Source of the DNA: Pelagibacteraceae bacterium
GTDB taxonomy: Bacteria; Pseudomonadota; Alphaproteobacteria; HIMB59; GCA-002718135
Assembly (NCBI GenBank): GCA_002717485.1
Contig: PBDW01000007.1
Coordinates: forward strand, 1,128 to 65,127
Direction: 5' to 3'
Length of the DNA: 64,000 nt
In this document: piece by piece, positions 38,825 to 47,402 of the stretch
Numbering within the stretch: position 1 is the stretch's first letter
Layout: each line of letters begins with the position of its first letter
Notes under the pieces: generated by a model
Seen by the model: only the letters and a program-made list of their open reading frames with translations
Told to the model about the DNA's origin: nothing
The model's database searches: none
Translations under genes and position numbers: made by a program

Positions 38825-40180
38825 ATGAGTAATCCTTTAGTTTCGATAATCATACGTACTAAAAATGAAGAGAGATGGATTACGTCTTGTTTAAAATCAA
38901 TTTTTAACCAGACTTTTCAAGATTTTGAGATCATAATTGTTGATAATGAAAGTTCCGATAAAACGATAGAAAAACTTAAAGAATTTAAAATAAAAGAAGT
39001 TTTAAAAATTAAAGATTATTTGCCAGGTAAGGCTTTAAATATTGGAATTAAAAAATCATCTGGAAAATATATAGTCTGCTTATCGGCTCACTGCATACCA
39101 GTTAATAATAAATGGTTGTCAACTTTAATTAAATCCATTGAAGAAGATAATAATTATGCTGGAGTTTACGGTAGGCAAGAACCAATGACATTTTCTACTC
39201 TCTACGACAAGAGAGATATGATGTTAATTTTTGGACTTGATAGAAAAATACAAATTAAAGATAGTTTTTTTCATAATGCAAATTCAATTATTAAAAAAAG
39301 TTTGTGGACCGAAGTTCCTTTTGACGAGAATTTAACAAATATTGAGGATCGTATTTGGGCAAAAATGATGCTAAAAAAAGGTTATAAGTTATTGTATGAA
39401 CCCGATGCAAGAGTTTATCATTATCACGGTATCCATCAGAATAATAATGATGAAAGATTAAAAAATGTAGTTGATATTATAGAAACTCATCATCCGGAAA
39501 ACATTAGCGGTAAAATTAATGCTGAAAATCTTAATATTATTGCAATATTACCTATTAAGGGACTTGCTAAAATGATTAATGGAGAGCCTTTATTAAAATA
39601 TACTATTGAAAATGCAAAAAATTCAAAATTTATTGATAAGGTTATTGTATCTACTGACAATGAAGATACAGCAAAGATAGCGCAGCAATTTGGCGCTCAT
39701 TGCCCATTTCTTAGACCTAAGAGTTTATCAGAACCCTTTGTTAGTTTAGAGATTGTTCAAAAATATTCACTGGAAAGAATAGAGGAAAATAACTTTATCC
39801 CAGATCTAATAGTACACTTAGAGGAAACATTTCCATTTAGACCAAAAAACCTCTTAGATAATATGATAACAAAGCTTCTCATTGAAGGATATGACTCAAT
39901 AGTTGCTGCAAAAAGAGAATCTGGTTGGTTATGGCAAAATGATAAAGAAGGAAATTTTAGAAGATTAGATAGCGGGGACGTGCCAAGAGAATTTAAAGAA
40001 AATTCACTGATTGGACTCCATGGCTTAGGTTGCGTTACTCATCCAGAATGCATTAGATCAGGACAAATACTAGGTAGTAAAATTGGTCTTTATAGAGTTG
40101 AAGATCCTATGGTAGATTTTGAAGTGAGAAGCGATGAATCTATAAAAATCGCCTCAAAATTTCTAAAAAATGAAATTTAA
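38825..40180 (+). CDS. GT2 glycosyltransferase fused to a degenerate NeuA-like domain
   Basis: SIIIRTKNEE, VDNES.D, LSAH, YGRQ, IED; C-term VSTD, FLRPKSL, TFPFR but no PARxGSK..KN motif. Confidence 0.82.
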   Translation: MSNPLVSIIIRTKNEERWITSCLKSIFNQTFQDFEIIIVDNESSDKTIEKLKEFKIKEVLKIKDYLPGKALNIGIKKSSGKYIVCLSAHCIPVNNKWLSTLIKSIEEDNNYAGVYGRQEPMTFSTLYDKRDMMLIFGLDRKIQIKDSFFHNANSIIKKSLWTEVPFDENLTNIEDRIWAKMMLKKGYKLLYEPDARVYHYHGIHQNNNDERLKNVVDIIETHHPENISGKINAENLNIIAILPIKGLAKMINGEPLLKYTIENAKNSKFIDKVIVSTDNEDTAKIAQQFGAHCPFLRPKSLSEPFVSLEIVQKYSLERIEENNFIPDLIVHLEETFPFRPKNLLDNMITKLLIEGYDSIVAAKRESGWLWQNDKEGNFRRLDSGDVPREFKENSLIGLHGLGCVTHPECIRSGQILGSKIGLYRVEDPMVDFEVRSDESIKIASKFLKNEI

Positions 40181-41159
40181 AAAACTTTCATCTGAAAATA
40201 TTGATGACTTTATAAAAGTTGCTAATAATTCAAAACATAAATGGCATTTTGCCGTAGATGTTGTTGAATTAGAGTTAAGGTTAAAGAATTATCAACATTT
40301 TAATTTAATCATTTATAAAGATGATTGCCCCGTAGCAGTTTTTTTGTCACGTAATATAAAATTAAAACGATTATTAGTTAAATTGAATGGTCTCTTATGT
40401 GACTATCAAGGTTTGCATATTGATAAAAATTTTACAAAATATTCTAATGAAATAATAAATTTTTTATATAATGATATTTTTGATAATTATTTTAAGAAAG
40501 TATTAAAAATTGACAGAATAGAATATATTCCGCCCCCATCTTTAATATTTTCTAATTCTCAAATTGATAATTTTAACATACATAAATACGGAAGGGATAT
40601 TAATAAAACTAATTTTATATTATCAGTAAAAAAAGACGATAATTATCTTAAATCGCGAAGTTATAATATTAGGTATGAAATCAAAAAAGGACTTAAGAAT
40701 TTAGAATCTTATGAAATTATATCTGATAAAAAAAAGATTGATATTGAAAAAATTTTAATACTTGATTCTTTAAAGTCTAAGAGATTAAATATAGAAAAAC
40801 AGACTAAAGATTTTTTTTACCATAGATTAAAAAGCAAATTTTATAATTTCTTTATAATTTCAATGGGAGATTCTTACGAAGTTATTTATATTACTGCAAA
40901 TCATGAAAATTTTAAAACCTTACACTACACTTGCCAAAGTGATACAGGAAGAAAGAAATTGTTAAGCAAGGCATTGATGTATAAAATTATTAATGATCTT
41001 GAAGAAAACCAACAATTTTTATTAGGTGTCAAAAATGACGTAAGTGGAGTTGATTTTTTCAAATCTAATTTTGCCAACCAGGAAGTTAAATTTTCATCCA
41101 TTATTTTTCCAATAAGTATTAAGGCTAGATTTATACAAAGTTTAAATAAAAATTATTAA
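40170..41159 (+). CDS. Hypothetical protein, weakly FemAB/tandem-GNAT-like
   Basis: RYEIKKG, SKALMY.II and GVDFFKSNF resemble FemAB C-terminal motifs. Confidence 0.5.
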   Translation: MKFKKLSSENIDDFIKVANNSKHKWHFAVDVVELELRLKNYQHFNLIIYKDDCPVAVFLSRNIKLKRLLVKLNGLLCDYQGLHIDKNFTKYSNEIINFLYNDIFDNYFKKVLKIDRIEYIPPPSLIFSNSQIDNFNIHKYGRDINKTNFILSVKKDDNYLKSRSYNIRYEIKKGLKNLESYEIISDKKKIDIEKILILDSLKSKRLNIEKQTKDFFYHRLKSKFYNFFIISMGDSYEVIYITANHENFKTLHYTCQSDTGRKKLLSKALMYKIINDLEENQQFLLGVKNDVSGVDFFKSNFANQEVKFSSIIFPISIKARFIQSLNKNY

Positions 41160-41176
41160 TCATTAAAATTATATTT

Positions 41177-42931
41177 ATGAATTATACCGCTATTATTTAC
41201 AGCAAAGAACATGCCAAATCTTTTATTTCTGATAAACCGCATGCAAGTAGAGTATATCCTTTAACACCTGCTGCAAAGTCAGAGTTAGTAGATAATACTA
41301 ATTTGCAATTGTTAGATCCTCTAGTATATTTTAATGATAATAGTCACAAGCATGTTCTTCAAAAACTTAAATCCTATGAGAGTTTATTGTTCCCAGCAAT
41401 TGAATCTTCTAATTTATTGTCCGATGCGGGCAAAGAAGCGCTAATAAATATTTTTCATCCCACAATTACAGCAACATTATATTTAAAATATTTAATAATT
41501 GATACAGGACCATGGATTTTTTACGATGGATCCAACTGGATAGAAATTAATGATCATAATGTAATGTTTGAGCATTTATTTCGATATGTTATTAAAGAAC
41601 GTATAGGGGTTTTTGAAGAAATATTAGAAGGTAAACAAAAATTTCCATATCTTATCAATTTTATAAATTCAATAATATTTAAATTTTTTAAAAATAAAGA
41701 AGTCATTTGGACCACAGGTCTTAATTATGGGTTAAAGAACCTTGTAAAGGATTTGTACTTATATAATCCTAATGCAGTTATATTTTATTATGTTTTTGCA
41801 GATAAGATATCTTGGCTAAGATCTATTAAATCACTTATTTTTTCTATTTTTACCAGAAATAAAAATGAAGCAATCCCAATAGTCCCTGTCAGGTTAGAAA
41901 ATCCCAGTATTCCATCAGAAATTAGTGAGATTCTTAGTAACATTTTTAAGAATGATTTTAAGAATATCAAAAAAGAATTAATAAGATTTATTTCATGGTC
42001 AGTTGAATACGCTGAATCATTAATTGATTATACTTCAAAAAATTATAAAAATTACCCTCCAAAATTTTTATTAGCTCATCAGTTAAGATTATTTGATGCA
42101 GTTGCAATAGGTTATGTTGCCAAAAAAATGAATATACCTGTTCATCTAATTTCCCATGGTTCTCACCCAGTTCCTGATAATGAAATATCTGAGTATGAAT
42201 TAAATTATATAGCAAGAGGTTTGCTTTTTAGCCCTTTTGCAAGCGAGACAATAGTGCAGTCACCTTTAGCTGAAAAATCTGCTATTGATTTTATGCCTAG
42301 TTTAAAAAGGAAAAAATTCCACCCTATTATGTGGGGATATAATATAAATAAAAAAGATACAATAAATAAAGAAAATAAATTTATAATATTGCAAGCAGGA
42401 ACATCAAAAGCTCTTAGTGCAAGGCCATGGATTTATGAAAATTCCAATGAATTTATCTTAGGTTTAACATTACTTATAAATGCTGTAAAAAAAATTAATA
42501 ATGCTTATTTAATAATTAGAATAAGAGAATCTGCAGAATATAATCTTAAAGATTTAGAAATAATTCTTCCTCAGAGTGATAAATATGAATTGAGAATAGG
42601 AGGAAATTTTTACGACGATCTTAATGAAGCGGACTTGTTAGTAAGCTATTCTTCGACTACCATTGAAGAAGCATTATATTCAAAAAAACCAGTAGCATTA
42701 TTTGGAGGTACTGATAGATATAGGCACTTATCAGGTATGTCTTCACTGCCTTCTTTTGATAATCGTAGTGCCGTATACCATCTTTCAAAAGATAATTTAT
42801 TTGAAATGATACAAGAAATTTTGAAGGTTCATTCAAACAAGCCTTTAACGAACTTGGAAGTAAGTAAGTATATTTGGTCTCAAGAAGTTCCAGGAAGGCA
42901 GGAATTTATTAAACACCTTTTTAATGAATAA
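41177..42931 (+). CDS. Hypothetical GT-B fold protein, candidate ulosonate transferase
   Basis: ISHG, ADLLVSYSSTTIEEAL..KKPV; immediately precedes the kdsA-like gene. Confidence 0.55.
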   Translation: MNYTAIIYSKEHAKSFISDKPHASRVYPLTPAAKSELVDNTNLQLLDPLVYFNDNSHKHVLQKLKSYESLLFPAIESSNLLSDAGKEALINIFHPTITATLYLKYLIIDTGPWIFYDGSNWIEINDHNVMFEHLFRYVIKERIGVFEEILEGKQKFPYLINFINSIIFKFFKNKEVIWTTGLNYGLKNLVKDLYLYNPNAVIFYYVFADKISWLRSIKSLIFSIFTRNKNEAIPIVPVRLENPSIPSEISEILSNIFKNDFKNIKKELIRFISWSVEYAESLIDYTSKNYKNYPPKFLLAHQLRLFDAVAIGYVAKKMNIPVHLISHGSHPVPDNEISEYELNYIARGLLFSPFASETIVQSPLAEKSAIDFMPSLKRKKFHPIMWGYNINKKDTINKENKFIILQAGTSKALSARPWIYENSNEFILGLTLLINAVKKINNAYLIIRIRESAEYNLKDLEIILPQSDKYELRIGGNFYDDLNEADLLVSYSSTTIEEALYSKKPVALFGGTDRYRHLSGMSSLPSFDNRSAVYHLSKDNLFEMIQEILKVHSNKPLTNLEVSKYIWSQEVPGRQEFIKHLFNE

Positions 42932-42997
42932 ATTATCCTTATTGGTATATTTAGTTTATACTAATGATTCGGTATAACAATTTTGTAATAATTTAGA

Positions 42998-43870
42998 ATG
43001 TCTTACAAGAGAAAAGAAAAAATAATTACTGTTGGATATGGTAATGTAAATAAAGTGACTGTTGGAGGCTTAAATCCTTTAATTTTTATAGGCGGCCCTT
43101 GCGCCATTGAAAGCCAAGAACATTCTATTAAGATGGCTGAGTTAATTGGAAAGATCTGTGAGAAAGTTGGCATTTCATGGATATACAAATCATGTTACGA
43201 TAAAGATTGCAGATCATCACCAGAAAGTTTTCATGGACTTGGAATAGAGGGAGGACTAAAAATCTTGGAAAAGGTGCGTAATGAAATTGGCGTACCAGTC
43301 GTTTCAGATTTTTCTGATCCTGCGTGGGCTGAAAAGACAGGAGAAATTTGCGATATGGTTCAAATTCCTGCTTATCTCTGTAGACAAACTTCTATTTTAC
43401 GATCAGCAGCTAAAACTAATCGTCCAATACATTTAAAAAAAGGACAGTTTATGAGTCCTTGGAATATGAAAAATTCTGTACAGAAGATAGAATCTAATGG
43501 AAATTCACAAATTATTTTATCTGATAGGGGCACTTTTTTTGGATACAATATGCTTGTAAATGATATGAGGTGTTTTCCGATAATGGCTGAAACAGGATAT
43601 CCAGTATGCTTTGATGCAACTCACTCAATTCAACTTCCAACATCAATGGGTAATATATCAGGCGGGCAAAGAGAATTCATACCATATCTTGTTAGATCTG
43701 CAGTTGCATGTGGAGTTAACGCTTTATTTATGGAAGTGCATGATGACCCGGATAATGCTTTATCAGACTCAAATACAGTATTGCATATTGATATGCTTCA
43801 GAATATTTTATACCAAGCTAAAGAAATGCATGAAATGAGATTAGAATTGTCAAAGAAATATGAGGAATAG
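42998..43870 (+). CDS. kdsA: KdsA paralog (KDO8P synthase family, metal-dependent type) with a variant substrate loop
   Basis: GGPCAIES, QIPAYLCRQT, KKGQF, RG..FGYN.LV.D, FDATHS.Q.P, FMEVH..P..A.SD; KANRS is replaced by KDCRS. Confidence 0.82.
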   Translation: MSYKRKEKIITVGYGNVNKVTVGGLNPLIFIGGPCAIESQEHSIKMAELIGKICEKVGISWIYKSCYDKDCRSSPESFHGLGIEGGLKILEKVRNEIGVPVVSDFSDPAWAEKTGEICDMVQIPAYLCRQTSILRSAAKTNRPIHLKKGQFMSPWNMKNSVQKIESNGNSQIILSDRGTFFGYNMLVNDMRCFPIMAETGYPVCFDATHSIQLPTSMGNISGGQREFIPYLVRSAVACGVNALFMEVHDDPDNALSDSNTVLHIDMLQNILYQAKEMHEMRLELSKKYEE

Positions 43871-43876
43871 TTATTA

Positions 43877-44293
43877 ATGAATGCAAATGAAATTAGTGTA
43901 AAAGACGTTATGCTTACTACTGAAAATTTCCCTGTAATTAATAAAAATACTTTATTTAAGGAATCACTTGAACATATGAATAAAACAAATTTGGGAATTG
44001 CTTGCGTTGTTGATGAAAGAAATAAATTATTAGGTATTATAACGGACGGTGACGTTCGTCGTAATCTTTTAAAAGTTCAAAAACCCATATCAGCTTTTTT
44101 TGTAGACGATGTGGTTTCTCACTGTGTTAAAAATCCAATTACAATACTACCTGATGATAAACTTAATTATGCAGTAAAAATTATGGGGGAAAAGAAGGTT
44201 TGGGACTTACCTGTAGTTAATAATGATGGAATTTTGGTTGGTCTGCTTCATCTTCATCAAGCTATTAAGAAATTACTAGAAAAAGATATATAA
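43877..44293 (+). CDS. Stand-alone CBS-pair protein resembling the KdsD C-terminus
   Basis: VKDVM, LG...VVD, GIITDGDVRR, LPVV, GLLHLH. Confidence 0.85.
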   Translation: MNANEISVKDVMLTTENFPVINKNTLFKESLEHMNKTNLGIACVVDERNKLLGIITDGDVRRNLLKVQKPISAFFVDDVVSHCVKNPITILPDDKLNYAVKIMGEKKVWDLPVVNNDGILVGLLHLHQAIKKLLEKDI

Positions 44294-44297
44294 AATT

Positions 44298-45077
44298 ATG
44301 AACTATCAAAAACGTTTAGAACTTAAAAATAAACTTAGAAATCGAGAAAGATTGTTTGCAGCCTGGGTATCGTATTCCGAAACTTCAATTACGGAAACTT
44401 TTAGTAATGCTGATTTTGATTTTATAGCTATTGATATGGAACATTCAACAATTTCATTTGAGCAGGCAAAACATATCATTGCTGCTAGTCAGGGCAATGG
44501 AATACCCTGCTTGCCTAGACCGGTCTCTCATTCAAATGATGTTTTTAAACCGCTACTCGATAGCGGATCAGATGGTTTTTTGATATCAACAGTAGATACA
44601 TCTGAACACGTTAGAAACATTATTAATATATTAAAATATCCACCTACAGGTAAAAGAACTTATGGTTTAAACAGAGCCCAGGATTATGGTTTTGGCTCAG
44701 AGCAATATTTTAAAAAATGGAACGAAACTTCATCAATTATAATTCAAGTCGAAAGCAAGGAATCTGTTAAAAATATAAATGATCTTTTAGGTTTTGATGA
44801 AGTTGATGGTGTAATGATAGGCCCTTATGATTTGTCAGGATCTCTTGGAGTTTCAGGTCAAACAGATCATCATTTAGTCATTGAAGCATCAAAAAAAGTT
44901 ATTAATGCATGTAAAAAATATGGAAAAAGTTGTGGAACACAAATTGCTGATGTAACTGATAGCAAAGTTAATGAAACCTTTGACCTTGGTTATAACTTTG
45001 CGATTTTAAGTTCTGATTTATTCATACTTTGGAAGTGGACAGAAAATATTAACAAAATAATTAAATCAAAACGTTGA
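44298..45077 (+). CDS. HpcH/HpaI class II pyruvate aldolase
   Basis: DFIAIDMEHS, LDSG, YPP.G.R, QVES, IGPYDLS.SLG. Confidence 0.9.
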   Translation: MNYQKRLELKNKLRNRERLFAAWVSYSETSITETFSNADFDFIAIDMEHSTISFEQAKHIIAASQGNGIPCLPRPVSHSNDVFKPLLDSGSDGFLISTVDTSEHVRNIINILKYPPTGKRTYGLNRAQDYGFGSEQYFKKWNETSSIIIQVESKESVKNINDLLGFDEVDGVMIGPYDLSGSLGVSGQTDHHLVIEASKKVINACKKYGKSCGTQIADVTDSKVNETFDLGYNFAILSSDLFILWKWTENINKIIKSKR

Positions 45078-45859
45078 GTAATTATATAAATAAAATCTTT
45101 AATTTAGAAAATAAAGTTGCAGTTGTTATAGGTGGAGGCGGGCATCTGTGTGGAGAGATGGCTCAGTCATTAGCAAAGGCTAAATGCAATGTTGCTATAC
45201 TAGATATAAATTTAAAAAAGGCAAAAAAGGTAAAGAAATCAATAGATGATCTAAAGTATAAAATAAAAACTGCCGCTATAGAAATTGATGTTACAAAAAA
45301 ATCTAGTCATATAAGGGCATACAAAAAAGTATTAAAATATTTTAAACATATTGATATTTTAATAAATGGTGCAGGCATAAATTCTCCTGAACCTTTTTTT
45401 GATATTACTGAAAAAGGTTGGAAATCTGTTATAGATTCTCAGGTGACAGGTACTTTTTTTGCATGTCAAATATTTGGAAAATATATGGTTAAAAGAGGTA
45501 AGGGTTCTATAATTAACATTTCTTCTGCTTCTGCAAATCCTCCTTTGTCTAAAGCTTTTGCATATTCAGTATCTAAGTCAGGTATTAAGAATCTTACCCA
45601 GAATCTAGCACGTGAATGGGGAACTAAAGGTGTCAGGGTTAATGCTTTAAGACCAGGATTCTTTCCAACAGAATGGAATAAAAAAAATTTCATAACAAAA
45701 CAAAGGGAAAAAGCTATTATTAAACATACTCCAATGTCTAGATTTGGAAAGCCTTCCGAGCTTACAGGAGCGGTATTATGGTTAAGCTCAGATTCATCTA
45801 GTTTTGTAACAGGTTCAGAAATTTTTGTTGACGGCGGTTTCTCAGCAATGACAATATAA
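45074..45859 (+). CDS. SDR (mannonate/gluconate oxidoreductase-like)
   Basis: GGGGHL, NGAG, YSVSK, PGFF, HTPM.RFG, VDGGF; TTGA overlap start. Confidence 0.88.
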   Translation: MSNYINKIFNLENKVAVVIGGGGHLCGEMAQSLAKAKCNVAILDINLKKAKKVKKSIDDLKYKIKTAAIEIDVTKKSSHIRAYKKVLKYFKHIDILINGAGINSPEPFFDITEKGWKSVIDSQVTGTFFACQIFGKYMVKRGKGSIINISSASANPPLSKAFAYSVSKSGIKNLTQNLAREWGTKGVRVNALRPGFFPTEWNKKNFITKQREKAIIKHTPMSRFGKPSELTGAVLWLSSDSSSFVTGSEIFVDGGFSAMTI

Positions 45860-45878
45860 ACAAAAGGATTATAATAAT

Positions 45879-46625
45879 ATGAAATCAATTGTTATAACAG
45901 GAGGAAGCAAGGGGATAGGATTGTCAATAACTAAAGCATTTTTAAATGCAGGCTATTATGTGGTTATTGGCTCTAGAAATGGAATTGAAATTAATGATGA
46001 AATTAAAAATAATTTTTCTTCCATTAAAATGGATGCATCTAATGTTTATGGTCATGAAATTCTTGTTAATGAAGCAATAAAAAAGACAGGACAATTAGAT
46101 GCGTATATTAATAATGCAGGATTTTCGGAATGGAGACCAATAAATAAAATTGATAATAATTTTTTAGATAATATATTTAAAGTTAATCTTTATTCAGCTT
46201 TCTGGGGATGCCAAGTAGCCTCTAAAAATTTTGGAAATAATGGAGGTGTTATAATTAATATATCAAGTATTGCTGGAAAAAGAGGCTCGACTAATAATTC
46301 AGCTTATAGCGCAACAAAATTTGGCATGAATGCATTGACTCAATCTTTGGCAAAAGAGCTTGGTAATAAAAAAATTAGAATTAATTCATTATGTCCAGTG
46401 TTGATTGATACAGAAGGATTGAATGAAGCGCTTAAAAGTGAATATTCTCCTGCCGCAGGAGATTCAAAAGAATTTTTTTCAAATTTTATAAAAAACCAAT
46501 CGGCTCTTAATAGACTGCCGTCATCTAAAGAAGTAGCTGATATGTGTGTATTTCTGGCATCTGATTCTGCAACAGCAGTTACAGGACAGTGTATAAATGT
46601 AGATTGTGGTGTATTTCCTCAGTGA
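45879..46625 (+). CDS. SDR (sorbitol-6-phosphate/polyol dehydrogenase-like)
   Basis: TGGSKGIG, NNAG, ISSIAGKRG, NSAYSATKFG, TGQCINV. Confidence 0.88.
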   Translation: MKSIVITGGSKGIGLSITKAFLNAGYYVVIGSRNGIEINDEIKNNFSSIKMDASNVYGHEILVNEAIKKTGQLDAYINNAGFSEWRPINKIDNNFLDNIFKVNLYSAFWGCQVASKNFGNNGGVIINISSIAGKRGSTNNSAYSATKFGMNALTQSLAKELGNKKIRINSLCPVLIDTEGLNEALKSEYSPAAGDSKEFFSNFIKNQSALNRLPSSKEVADMCVFLASDSATAVTGQCINVDCGVFPQ

Positions 46626-47392
46626 GAATAGTAGGAGTTATTCCAGCACATCTTGCATCAGTCAGGTTTCCAAATAAGATTTTGTTAGATATTCTCGGTA
46701 TTCCGATGATAGAACATGTTCGTAGAAGGGCTCTTTTATGTAATTTATTTGATGAGGTATACGTAACAACTTGTGATAGAAAAATTTCAGAAGTTGTAAA
46801 AAAGTATGGGGGCAGAATAATAAAGTCATCAAATAAACACTCTAACGGAACTAGTAGAGTCGCTCAAGCAATTGAAAAAATTTCTTGCTCTCACGTAGTA
46901 ATATTGCAAGGTGATGAACCTCTTATAGATCCAGAAAATATTGAAACATTAATTAATTCAATTAAAAAAAATAAGAATTTTAGCTCATGGAATTTAACAG
47001 GTCCGATTAAAAATAGAAAAGAATTAAATAAAGAATCTTTCGTTAAATGTAAGGTAGCTAGAAATAACAACATAAAATTACTTTTTCGAAAAAAAAAATT
47101 ATTTAAAAATCAATTACAGTCTGAAGATAACATTAGAAAAATATTAGGAGTTATAGCATTTAAAAAATCCTTTCTTAAAAAAATTGTGAGGATGCCAGTC
47201 ACACTTAATGAAAAAAAATATTTAATAGAGCAGAGTAGGATTGTTGAAAATAATTTTAAGTTAAAATCTGTTCCAATAAAGGTAAGTTTACCTTCTATAA
47301 ACGAACCTGGAGATGAAAAAATTGTTTTAAAAGTTTTGAAGAATAATAAAAAACAGAATAAACTTTATAAAAAAACATTAAAAAACATATAA
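46622..47392 (+). CDS. kdsB: KdsB-like CMP-ulosonate synthetase
   Basis: VIPAHLASVRFPNK, H.NGTSR, QGDEP, VK, IEQ.R. Start placed at the GTGA overlap at 46622. Confidence 0.82.
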   Translation: MRIVGVIPAHLASVRFPNKILLDILGIPMIEHVRRRALLCNLFDEVYVTTCDRKISEVVKKYGGRIIKSSNKHSNGTSRVAQAIEKISCSHVVILQGDEPLIDPENIETLINSIKKNKNFSSWNLTGPIKNRKELNKESFVKCKVARNNNIKLLFRKKKLFKNQLQSEDNIRKILGVIAFKKSFLKKIVRMPVTLNEKKYLIEQSRIVENNFKLKSVPIKVSLPSINEPGDEKIVLKVLKNNKKQNKLYKKTLKNI

Positions 47393-47402
47393 TTATTAAA
47401 TT

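Noticed and set aside
42932-42997. Possible internal promoter before the kdsA-like gene (TATAAC at 42973)
   Set aside because: The -35 match is weak and not distinguishable from AT-rich background.
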